Translations under genes and position numbers: made by a program
Shown: positions 14,590-26,223 of the stretch, in pieces
How positions within the stretch are numbered: the first letter of the stretch is position 1
Layout of the letters: each line of letters starts with the position of its first letter
The notes under the pieces: model-generated
Database searches by the model: none
The model's input: the letters and a program-made list of their open reading frames with translations, nothing else
What the model was told of the DNA's origin: nothing
Assembly: GCA_030704615.1 (NCBI GenBank)
Contig: CM060731.1
Location: 67,890,001 to 67,954,000, forward strand
Source of the DNA: Takakia lepidozioides
Taxonomy: Eukaryota > Plantae > Bryophyta
Length of the DNA: 64,000 bases
Reading direction: 5' to 3'

Positions 14590-17500
14590 GTGGATGACGT
14601 CTCTGCGATGCAACCATGCACCTCTTTGCCCTTTTCCAGGGCTGCCAGGCTTGCACACGCATTGCAAACGCACACAAACGTGATGTGATCGGGCTTCACC
14701 CCTTCCCCCATCATTTGCTCATAGGTCTCCAAAGCCTCCATCCCACGCCCCTGCTGTGCATACCTTGCAAGCATCGCATTCCACGACACCACATCTTGTT
14801 CAGCCATTTGAAAACTCCTTTCGCATCCTTCATGCACCCACATTTGGCATACATGTCCACCAGGGCAGTGTTCAGGATGACATCTGGTACAAATCCAGCT
14901 TTGACATTGTCACCATGGATCTCTTTCCCCTTTTCCGGAACTCCTTAGCTTGCACATGCATTGGAAACACAAACAAATGTGTTGCGGTTGGGCTTCACCC
15001 CTTCGCACATCAATTGCTCATAGGTCCCCAAAGCCTCCATCCCGCATCATTGATGTGCATATCCTGCAATCATCGCACTCCACGACACCATATCTCATTC
15101 AGTCATATTGTCGAACACTCCCTTTGCATCCTCCATGCACTCACATTTGACATACATGTCCAGCAGGGCAGTGTTCAGAATGACATTGGGTACAATTCCA
15201 GATTTGACGATGTCACTATGGACCTCTTTGCACCTTTCCAGGGCTGCCAGGCTTGCACACGCATTGCCAATGCAAACAAATGTTATGCGGTTGGGCTTCA
15301 CCCTTTCGCACATCATTTGCTCAAAGGTCTCCAAAGCCTCCATCCCGCGCCCTTGGTGTGCATATCCTGCAATCATCGCACTCCACGACACCACATCTCA
15401 TTCAGCCATACTGTCAAACACTCCCTTCGTACATGTCCACGAGGGTATTGTTCAGAATGACACTAGGTACAATTGCAGCTCTGACATTGTCGCCATGGAC
15501 CTCTTTCGCCCTTTTCCAGAGCTGCCAGGCTTGCACACGCATTGCAAATGCACACAAATGTGATGTGGTTGGGCTTCACCCCTTCCCCCATCATTTGATC
15601 ATAGGTCTCCAAAGCCTTCATACCACGTCCTTGCTGTGCATACCCTACAAGCATTGTCTTCCATGACACAACATCTCGTTCAGCCATAGTGTTGAAAACT
15701 CCCTTCGCATCCTTAATGCACCCACATTTGGCATACATGTCCACCAAGGCAGTGTTCAGAATGACATCTGGTACAATTCCAGCTTTGACGATGTCACCAT
15801 GGACCTCTTTCCTCTTTTCCAGAGCTCCCAGGTTTGACATGTTGACAAGGGTGTTGAGGAGAAAAACACTTGGCGTGAATCCACTTTGGATAATGTGAGT
15901 GTGCACCTGCTTTCCAGCTTGCAGACCTTTCATCTTGATGCACTTAAGCAAGAGACAGACAAACGTATCTGAATCTACTGAAATGCCTCCTACATTTGGC
16001 ATACGTGTCCACGAGGATATTGTTCAGAATACATCTGGTACAATTCCTGCTTTCACGATGCAACCATGCACCTCTTTGCCCTTTTCCAAGGCTGCCAGGC
16101 TTGCAAACGCACAGACGTGATGTGGTCGGGCTTCACCCCTTCCACCATCATTTACTCATAGGTCTCCAAAGCCTCCATCCCACGCCCCTGTTGTGCATAA
16201 GCATGGCGTTCCGCGGCACCACAGTTCAATCAGCCACATTGTTGAACATTGTTATCTATTTTTGGATACTTTCCTGCAACCACATTGGCAGTTACTTGTC
16301 AAAGTCATTCCACCCAGACAATCTTCTCAGCTCAGCATGGATTTCCTTAATTCTGGGATGCAAATTGTCATCTACAACGAAGGTGTGCACCCTGTTGCCA
16401 ACCTCAATGCAGCAGCAACCTGGCTCCTGGCTCCTTTCTAACCCCTCTGACCGTGATCATTCTTCTCACCTTTGCAGTATCATCCCACCTGCCAGCTGCG
16501 GCATAGATGTTTGATAGCAACACATAAGTCGCGCCATCTCCACATTGCCATGGATTCTGTAGGCACCAAGCAAGGCCTTCCACACCACAACATCTGGATT
16601 TCAGTAGGCCAGTGTGGCTACATGCAGAGAGAACACATATAAAGGTGATATTGTCCGGCTTCAAGCCGTTCTTTCGCATTCCTTCAAATAGTTGCAGGAC
16701 CTTGACAACCATGCTGGGCATATCCTGCGATCATCGCATTCCACGACACCACATTTCATTCAGCCACATTGTCAAAGACTCCCTTTGCTTGGCCACTCAT
16801 GCATACATCCTTGCTTTGCTGCTAGCAGCCAACAATGACAGCCTAGATTTGTTCTAGGAAACACCCAACTCAACTTATCATACTAGTTCCTATGCTCAAT
16901 TGCATCTGCTACTCTCTGTTATCCAATAGGCATTTACCTTTTTGCCTCAATTGTCCCACCATTAACAGGGGTCAGAAAAGTATTCATTCCACAGCTTCTC
17001 CTCGCCTGAGTAAAAATTGGCAATCCAAAAGCCTTGTCTTCAGGCTGCAACCTGCATAGGGCTTGTATTCCTTTTTACCATCACAGACAAGGTCCATGCG
17101 AGGACTCCACATATGCAGACTACCATTTTCTGCACCTAATCCAGAGTACGCAACACAAAATGTGTCAGAAGCATATCCTCTCTTTCATCCCCTTCCGCAA
17201 TGTTTCAAGATTGGAAAGATCTCCCCTATTTGTGGTGTGATCTATATCCAGCTTTGCCCTGCCACCCCCCATGCCCTGCCCTAGAGCTGCTGGGCTGGCA
17301 CACCTTTTGAGGATGAAAATGAGAGTGACCTTGTCGGGCCCTACACCTTCTTGTGGCATTTGCCCAAAGAGTTCAAATGCCTCTTCACCATGCCCTTGCT
17401 CAGTATATCCTGCAATTATTGCAGTCCAAGAGACCACGTCTCATTTCGGCATTTTGGCATCAAATGCCAAAATCCATGCCTCTGCACAAATCATGCATTC

Positions 17501-18140
17501 ATCTTTTCCCTTGCTGCTAGCAGCTGACAATGACAACCTAGGAAACACCCAATCACACTAGCTCCTATGTTGAATTGCGTCTGCTACTCTCTGTCATCTA
17601 ACATGGATTCAACTTTTTGCCTCGGTTGTCCCACCATTGACTGGGGTCAACAAAGTATTCATTCCACACCTTCTCTCTGTTACCTGTTTCTAGATACTTT
17701 CCTATTATCACATTGGCAGTATCATGTCAAAGTCACTCCAAACCAGATTCACTCGACCAGCTAACTTGTAGAATTCAACATGGAAATTTAGGGCCGACTC
17801 TGAGAAGAGGGAAAAACAGGGTGAAATGTGTTGAAGAAGGTGCCTGAACATTAGCTTGTTCTATCATTTGTGCCGCTGCCACTGCTGTTTCCAGTTGACC
17901 ATCTACCCAACGGCCTAACTTGCAAAATTCAATATGCATCTCAGGGCCGAGTCTGATGAGAGGGCAAAACAGGCTGAAATAGGTCGAAGAAGGTGCCCTC
18001 ACCATTGAGTCCTTGAAAATTCAATATGCATCTCAGGGCCGAGTCTGATGAGAGGGCAACACAGGCTGAAATAGTTGTACCAGGTGTGATCCTGAACACT
18101 GCCCTGGTGGACATGTATGCTAAATGTGGGAGCATTGAGC
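14590..18140 (-). pseudogene. Scrambled PLS/E-class PPR gene fragments captured in CACTA A
   Basis: Repeated P-L-S motifs (DVVSWNAMLARYAQQGRGMEALETYEQM..EGVKPDHITFVCVCNACASLAALEKGKEVH; VILNTALVDMYAKCG). E2 motif TYVLLSNIYAAAGRWDD...VRKEPG and E+ motif IEVGNRVHTFVVDDNLHPRIKEIHAELRRL. Pieces are out of order and frameshifted, and one (about 18075-18140) is on the + strand. Confidence 0.92.
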
Positions 18141-19261
18141 AGCAGGTCATTGGAATGATTACCCACAGAGTGGTATGTAAGCTGTTTGAGTCATCCATGG
18201 TGTCTCTCTAAGTGGGAACTATGAATTAGAGTGATTACTAACAGAGTGGTGTGTAAGTGATTAGGAATCCACTGGAGGAATCCATACCACTAATACAGTA
18301 ATATATAGGTGATTACTTATACCACTATATGAGTGGTAATGTGGGCAATTGTGTGCATTTGGCTACTCCCACAGTTTTAAATTATACCACTACTACAGTG
18401 ATGTGCAAGTGATTAGGAACATGACTAGAGGAACACATACCACTAGTGTAGTGAAAAAAGTACCATTGGGGATTCAAGCTCCACAAAATAGAATAGAATC
18501 CCGGAGAGTAAGTGCTGGAACACTGTCAACAAAATCCAGCCATGATAAAAGTCTGAGCCTAACTAGCTGGTGGTTAACTGTAAACACGATTTGCATGCCT
18601 TGGTCACTTATCAAAACAAGTCGGTCCTGGTAGTTTATTTTTTCCTCCTTTCTATACTGTCCGTCTGTATTAAATAAAGTTGCCAGGGCCTCTGTCCCCT
18701 GTTCTCTTTAAAATAAAATAAAATAATTATTAAAAAAACAAGTTTAGATTGGATTTGGGGAGGATAGTGCTTCGTAATGAGTAATGACCATGACGGCTGC
18801 TCCAATTAAACAGAGTGGCTGCTCAATTCAAAATGGACCTGCCTACCATTCAAACTCTAATACCAAGTCTAACAGGGCCCACTGGCCACAAATCCACATG
18901 TGCAAGAGTCCCACTGTGCAATTTAGGTTGCTACCAGATACTGAGGAGGATATGGCTTACGACAGGATTCAGATTGAGAGCCAATGATTCATCCCGTGAG
19001 AGACAAAATTACAATGATAGGCATTCACATGAGGGTAGTCAGAGTGATGAAGATGAGGAAGATGTCAATTCTTTCAGTGGGTCCAAGATCCCAAGATCCA
19101 TGGGCCAGTGTACAGCTCTCAGCTGGGCAAGGTTCTCAAGATGCTAACCTACCTACGTGAAAGAGTTGAGAATCGACGACGTCTCCGCATGCATGCTAGG
19201 AACACTGAACTGTTTCCTGCCTTCTTCTGCCAGCAATGTCTACGCCCGGGCGAATGAAATT

Positions 19262-22150
19262 CTAAGCCCTCTTCATGTTCTTCTCTGGCCAAAAACAATT
19301 CAGACCAACGACATCCTCCAACATTGTTTGCAGTGGGACCTCTTCCTCGTTAGGGTGAGGCAAGACACAATTGGCAATATAGATATCATTCACCTCAACC
19401 CGCCACAATCCTTCAGGTATAACACGGTAGTGATATGTGTCTTTGTCAGACACACCAGTGACAATTCCACTAGCAGACCTGTGTCGTGGTAAATGAGGAT
19501 CATACAGGCTGATTTTGTCCTTCAACTTAAACTGCACACAGCACCCACCATAAAACCCACATTAATCAACCCATGAAGACTTACATGTACATTGAAAACT
19601 AGATAATGAGGACCATCCAGTATAAGCAATCACTCAAAGTGTAGAGTACTTTTGGTAGCATAAGAATATCTGCCACTGTGGCAAGGGGTTGATATTTGGG
19701 GGTTGCCTTTGAAGGCGCCGTAGTTGATGCATTGTCGGTGGCAATATCAAGAGTGGCTTTCTCAGCCTACAAACATCACGCCCAACACCCCTTAGCAGTT
19801 ACATTTAGCAATGCATCTACTACTAGTTTGAAGTACCCAACATGTAAATGGCCACATTGTACAGAACTGATAGCCAATAGGTGCATGCATGCTCACCTCT
19901 AGTACGGAAATTGCTGCATGGAGAGGTGCCTCCTGAAGGCCCACCTGACTCTTACTCCCGCTAGAACTTGGTGTTATGTCACCATTTGCATTAGTCAAGG
20001 ACTTTGTGCCTTTGGCAGCAGTGGCTCTGGTTACACGCTCTCCTTTTCGCATGTACTTCTTCTCAGCTCCCTTCACGATGGCTGGGGCAGGGTCCTCTGC
20101 TTTAGTCCCCTTCTACATACCAACAAAACAACAAGGTATAGTACATGAGTACGTCTTACCATACCTGATGCATAGAATTCATGGCACACACCAATAAATA
20201 GATCATTCATGAAATGTTTTCAGAATAAAAAACAAAAAGCCCAAGGACAGGAACCAAGATAAAGTCTTTGAGGGCGTACCTCTTTCTGTGGGGAAGTTGG
20301 CTTCACATGCTGATCTGCCAACCCCCTACTGTCACCCTTACCAGCACTCTCGGTGGAGCAGACGTCCTCACCAGCAGCCAATATTGCTGTCCCGCCAGCT
20401 CCACCTCCCTTCTTACGTGACAATTTATCAGGAATTCCCTTGCGCCCCAATTTTACTTGGGTCACCACAAGGTCCTCAATGGCGGACGACTTTGGCTTTT
20501 CCCCAACCTCAAGAGGTTCTCCCTGCACCCAAGCAAAACATACGAGAGCAGTAAACTTCAAAGTCAACTAACACTGAATGGATGACAACCACAAAAATAA
20601 GTTGGGGTGAAGGTGCACAAACCACCTTCTCCGTAGCAGTCTTGCCTCCCAAGCCTGCGTCGGAATCGCAAGGTTCAATAACAGTACATATTGGGATAGT
20701 AGTTGGAGGAGGAGCGGTTGCTGACATTCCCAACATCATTGCCATCAATGCATCCAATTTTTTGTTATTGTCCGCAGAAGCCTTAGCAACTTCTGCTTTT
20801 ATAGTGGCCAATTCGCCCTCAATCGTCAGAATCTGAACGTCTGCCAAGGCAAGCACACTGCCCTCAAGGGACAACAGTCAAGACTGCATCGCACTGCCCC
20901 CTCCCTATAGAGCCAAAGAAAGAGACATAATCAGCCCGCATGGCCTGACTACTGCTCCAGCAAAATAAATGCAACAAAAACAAAAATACCCACACGCCAT
21001 TTACCTGTGCACCTCCAATTGACTGGGAGCCAAAACCCTTGTCCGACTTCGATGCGTGTACAAGCTCAGTGATGCTTGGATTTCGTGCTCTCTCTTTCTT
21101 CTGCCAGGGCCACCCAAAAAAAAAAAATAGCCCCTATTCATCCAAACAAGTGGGGCGTTTACAGAGGGATGACTGTAGTGACAGTTTGCAACTACCTCAC
21201 AGGGTAGAGATGGTATCCTACTCCATCACATACACGTGTATATATGTACATACATATAGATATATACATATACTAAAATGTGGTACAGATATTCATATTA
21301 TCAAGCGTCGGGCCTATCCAGCCAACCCTGCTCTTCCAACCCTCGATGGGTTGGTAACATTGGATCGTGCTCTCTTCGTGTTCTCACTCTCTTTCTTGCC
21401 CTTGGGGGACTACTTCACCAATGCATCCCAATGGCAGGACTCTAAACTCGGAGGGCATGGACCTCCAGCCTTCCACACCAGCTTTAACTTTTGGCGGTGT
21501 ACTTTTATAATCCTCCCACATGCTTTCTGGAACTTGTCAACGCTCATAAGTTTAGTATAGTACTCAAAATCCTCGTCCATGGATTCCTTAACCTTAGCCA
21601 TGTCACTGGGTTCCTGCTTGTCTGCTAGCAAAATGCTAGGATCAAGATATCTGATGCAGAGTCCCCACAAGGAGCTCTGCCAGTAATCCTTCCCTTCACA
21701 CCCCTGGTCTACTTCCCCCTTAGAGTTTAGTTGTACCTTGTGCGGCTTCAGCCCAACAGATTTGCGGGCTTTCGCATCAGTCTCATGTTCATTTGCAGCC
21801 AGCATTTTTTGTCTTTTTTTGTTTGCAGCCTGCGACGCCACATTCCCTTGCTGTGTGGAATCTTGATCATCACCAGCAAGGGGGGTGAATGGAGGAGTAA
21901 CACCATTAAAAGGGGGGCCTGCCCACTGCCCACCAGCGGCATTGCATGTAGGGCCCCAAGTTTGGGCACCTCCTTGTACCCAAACTCCTTGGGGTCCTCC
22001 ATTGGACCCACTTGGAATCCATGACCACGTGTTCGTCGTCTGTGGAGGGGCCATGGGCTGCTGCCAGGTAGGTGGTCCTTGCTGCAGCCACGTTTGCCCA
22101 CCTCTGGATTGCACCCATAGGCCATTCGGGCCTTGTTTGCACCCATGTCG
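19262..22150 (-). pseudogene. TnpA/Ptta-like accessory gene of CACTA A (multi-exon, contains a stop)
   Basis: Q/G/P/W-rich N-terminus; HWDALVK*SPKGKKESENTKRARSNVTNPSRVGRAG (Transposase_24-like); coiled-coil exon EGSVLAL...; last exon FKLKDKISLYD...GIVTG...IPEGLWRVEV...LPHP...DVVGLNCFWP (Tnp1/DUF8039-like). Confidence 0.7.
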
Positions 22151-22558
22151 TAGGTGGACCAGTAGCATTCGCCACAGCCTCAATCCCCCCTTCCTTTGCG
22201 CGCTTTGATGCAGCCTAACACAAGCCCCTCTACCCCACAAAGTTAGCAATTATGGAAGGTCGACCGGGCAACGAGCAAGGTCGGCAGTTCGTGAACGCAT
22301 ACAAACCTTGGTCCAACGTGCCAAAAAAAAATTGGCATCCAATGGCATGAATGCATGGAATGTCATGCTTTGGCGCCCTACCAATGTCCCACATCCATTC
22401 AGTATTAAAACCCTAACACATGTTCCAACCCTTTGAAATTTAATCCATGGGTCAAGCCATACATAGTCCAATTCGTAGCCATTCATCTTTCTAACAAGGT
22501 TTCCAGGTCATTCACATTTAGGAAAGAACCTTGGTTTGATATATAACATTTACAACCA

Positions 22559-23768
22559 TATATGCAAATTGTAAACTCATCACAAAAGCAGATTGCAGGT
22601 CTGGAGATAAATCTCCGGAACCAGGCTCAAAGCATATTAGGTTCGAAATGAAACAATCAGCCACTCATGCCTGAAGTTCACAAGCCAATCATAGTAGTAA
22701 TAGGCTTGGTTATATAAACCAATCACCATCTTCTATGTAGATTGTACAACACACAAACCAGGTTGTATGTTTGAAGATAGTACACCAGACCTTAGATAAA
22801 CACTTCAAGTACCAACTGAGACAACAAATTTCTGCCAATTTATATATTGTATATTGGTGACACAATGACATAAGCCAGGACAAAACAAATATCATGATGT
22901 TTCATGATATAGTCTGTGTTCTAAAATAGTTTATCAGCTTTCTTGCTTACTTTTTTAAAAGAAAGAACATCATAGTACCTAGCAAGGTGTATCAGGACCA
23001 GGTTAGGCCATGGAAAAGTATCTTAAGGTACCATGACATGCTGGTTGCAGGACCATATCAACTAATGTTTTAGAATCCATTTTCTGCATATGTCATTTCC
23101 TCAAACCCACTGCTAGCTTGAAGGTAATCATAGCAGTGCAAACATACTAACAAGCACTACTCACTCAGTCACTGTAAGCATATATATTTCATGAGCCATT
23201 CATTTTCCTAAAAAGGTTTCTTGTATAGGCTTGAAACTGATATATCAAATTGCCTATATGCATATTGTAAACTCATCACAAATGCAGATTGCAGGTTTGG
23301 AGATAAATCTCCAGAACCAGGCTCAAAGCATATCAGGTTGGAAATGAAACAATCAGCCACTCATGCCTAAAGTTCACAAGCCATTCATAGTAGTAATAGG
23401 TTTGGTTACGTAAACCAATCACCATCTTCTATGCAGATTGTACAACACACAAAACAGGTTGTATGCTCGTTGTATGTTTGAAGATAGTACACCAGATCTT
23501 AGATAAACACTTCAAGTACCAACTGAGATAGCAAATTTCTGCCAGTTATATACTTTACTGGTGACATAATGACATAAACCAAGACAAAACAGATATCATG
23601 ATGTTTCATGATATAGTCTTTGTTCTAAAATAGTTTATCAGCTTTCTTGCTTAATTTTTTTTATGCAGGACCATATCAGCTAATGTTTTAGAATCCATTT
23701 CTGCATATGTCATTTCCTCAAACCCACTGCTAGCCTGAAGGTAATCATAACAGTGCAAACATACAAGC
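22559..23768. repeat. Near-tandem duplication, copies starting about 700 bp apart, between the divergent genes of CACTA A
   Basis: TATATGCA.ATTGTAAACTCATCACAAA... at about 22559 and about 23255, collinear for over 500 bp. The second copy lacks the segment at about 22960-23045. Confidence 0.9.
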
Positions 23769-23769
23769 A

Positions 23770-24841
23770 AGACATGGCCATGGTGATTGGTGACGACGTA
23801 GCTTTAGCAAATCATCGGACACAGGGAGAATTGGACACAAATGTTGAGGTACAGCGCATGATCCAAGAGACCTTTCAGATCATAGACACACTTGAAACTA
23901 GAAATGGGGCAGAAGTGGAATTAGATGACCTAGATGTTCAAGGTGACACAAACATCCCACCAGAAGCCCATGACCCGGTTGCGGGTGGGGACTCTCACAC
24001 TGATGATCCCATCTCATTGGAAGAGGCATGTCTACCTTTATATGAAGGTTGTAAATCCTCTAAGCTTGCATCCACCATGCTTATAATGAATCTATGCGCA
24101 ACACATGGGGTTACAAATGGCTTTGCAGATGAAATGTTCTCTTTGCTGCAGAAAACCTTGTTGCCACAACCAAACGTACTACCCACATCTTTCTACCATG
24201 CAAAGACCATGGTGAGCAAGCTTGGGCTTGCTTATGAGAAGATTGATGCTTGCCCAAAGGGGTGTGTGTTGTTTAGGGGGGACTTGAAAACTTCAGAGAG
24301 TTGCCCCAAGTGTCAAAGCGCCTGATTCAAAAATATGGGGAGATCCAAGGTACCTGTTAAGGTGCTTCGACATTTTCCATTGATACCACGCTTTTTGTGT
24401 ATGTATAGATGCTCTTCTATTGCAGAATTAATGACCTGGCACAGTCGGAATGCAAGCAATGATGGCCTTGTACGTCATGCAGCTGATTCAAAGGCTTGGA
24501 AACACATTGGTGCTACTTGGCCTGACTTTGCAGCAGAGCCTTGAAATGTAAGGCTTGGTTTTTCCTTTGATGGAGTCAACCCGTTTGGTGATAAGAACAA
24601 TTGCTGGTCAACATGGCCAGTGTTGACGCTGGTATACAACCTACCTCCCTAGCTCACTACAAAGAAGTTCTTTGTCATGCTTACTCTCTTGATTCCAGGA
24701 AAGCAGTCAGTTACAAGTGAGCACATAGATGTGTACTTAGCACCACTGATGGAGGAGTTACTTGTTTTGTGGAGGGGGGTTCGGGCATATGACATATGCA
24801 AACCTGTTGGTGAGAGAACCTTCATACTACGCGCCATACTA
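23770..24841 (+). pseudogene. Tnp2/TnpD transposase of CACTA A, 5' part (Transposase_21 domain)
   Basis: PLYEGC...LGLAYEKIDACPKGCVLFRG...CPKC; VLRHFPLIPR; MTWH...RHAADSKAWKH...FAAEP; DGVNPF...STWPV...YNLPP; LLIPG...IDVYLAPL.EEL..LW. Contains in-frame stops and breaks after FILRAIL. Confidence 0.92.
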
Positions 24842-25029
24842 GAAGGTACCCCCTGCACTTGTACTTGTTTGAGTTCAACGTTCTTTGTAAATGGAAAAGG
24901 TAATGCCCCTGTAGTGGTTACTTCTTACTTTTCGAGTGGTAAAGTAGCAGTACTGCATGTAATTTGGACTTTACATTAATAACTCGTGGAGTGGTAAGAG
25001 GTAGTATCCATCACTACAACAGATGAACG

Positions 25030-25700
25030 TTTTTATGACTTCACATATGACTATTTTTTCAGTCTTATATGCGTTCATGACTACATCACTCTGTAGTGAA
25101 AAAAACCTTGTCATAGTGACTAGTCTTTAGGACTGCGTTTTGCAAGTCATATCCATGACTGCTTGCGTGGCACCTGGAGTCCTGCTGCAGAGAGGGTTGC
25201 AGTCACAACTTTATGACTAATATATGACTACATTGTCTGTTGAGCACTGCCTACATGGAGAGGCTTCAGCGGGACACGTGCGCCACTGCGCAAGCGAGAC
25301 GTCATGCATTCGTCAGGGGATCATATGACTATATGTCTGCAAAGTGATGCCTACATGGAGAGGCGACGGATGGACACGTGCGCCACTGCGAATTTGACAT
25401 GTCACGACTTCTTGCCATGATCATATGACTACATGTCTACACAGTGATGCCTACATGGAGAGGCGCTAGCGAGACACGTGTGCTATGGCAGATTTCATAT
25501 GTGGTGACTACATGACTCGCTCATATGACTACAAGGATGTCTACATGGAGAGTTGTTAGCGGGACACCTGTTGCACTTGAGATGTGATATGTGGCACACA
25601 GACAAAATATATGACAGGAATATATGACTACGGATCTTTACACGTGGTGAAAATATGGATAAAGAATGTCGTGTCATATACTGCCACGTGTTCTGGTTTG
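25030..25700. repeat. Left subterminal repeats of CACTA B, including four about 100-bp units (CTACATGGAGAG...GACACGTG)
   Basis: Many ATATGACT motifs; CTACATGGAGAG recurs at about 25251, 25351, 25451 and 25541. Confidence 0.85.
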
Positions 25701-26223
25701 AGCAAGAGTGATGCCACGTGTCATCAAGATTGTTTTCCGAAATAGTTTATATTTTTAATGTTCATATTTTAATTTTTAGTTTTCATGTAATATTTAAAAG
25801 AACAGGGAGATTGCAGCCTTGGATTTGTTTTTAATGGTATTATTTTTAATATCATTATTTAAAATGAAAGTGAATTAAATGATTTAAAATCTTCATTACA
25901 TGGTGAAATTCCAACATGAAAACAGAATGGATCCCTCCTGCATACTATCAACCACAAGGAGAATGAAAATAGTCAACTACAGGGCAATACAAGCCCTATA
26001 AATCACATTACAAAAATCCAAATGAGACCAATATCCCAATGGACACCTCAAAAGCCACAAGGTCAAAAAATCCATGCCTCAAAAGGCCCAGCCAAAAACA
26101 AGCAAGCCCACACATGGGCTGAATTGTTGTAGCTAGTATGTTCTAGTGCTATTAGAATCAAGAACTCTGTTAAACAGTGCAATACTGACTATCCCTTCCG
26201 CAGCTCCATAAGTTTCAGTAACT

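Noticed and set aside
14571-17437. Functional PPR gene
   Set aside because: Motif order is scrambled, frameshifts and deletions are frequent, and there is no continuous ORF or plausible intron structure.
14041-18453. Self-contained Pack-CACTA ending at TAGTG near 18453
   Set aside because: The sequence there does not match the left TIR (TTTTTCTTCTAGTG expected) and no AGA TSD follows. It looks like an internal subterminal motif.
18784-19147. hAT dimerisation-domain remnant
   Set aside because: Only a vague HC.NL.LL resemblance across a frameshift, which is insufficient.
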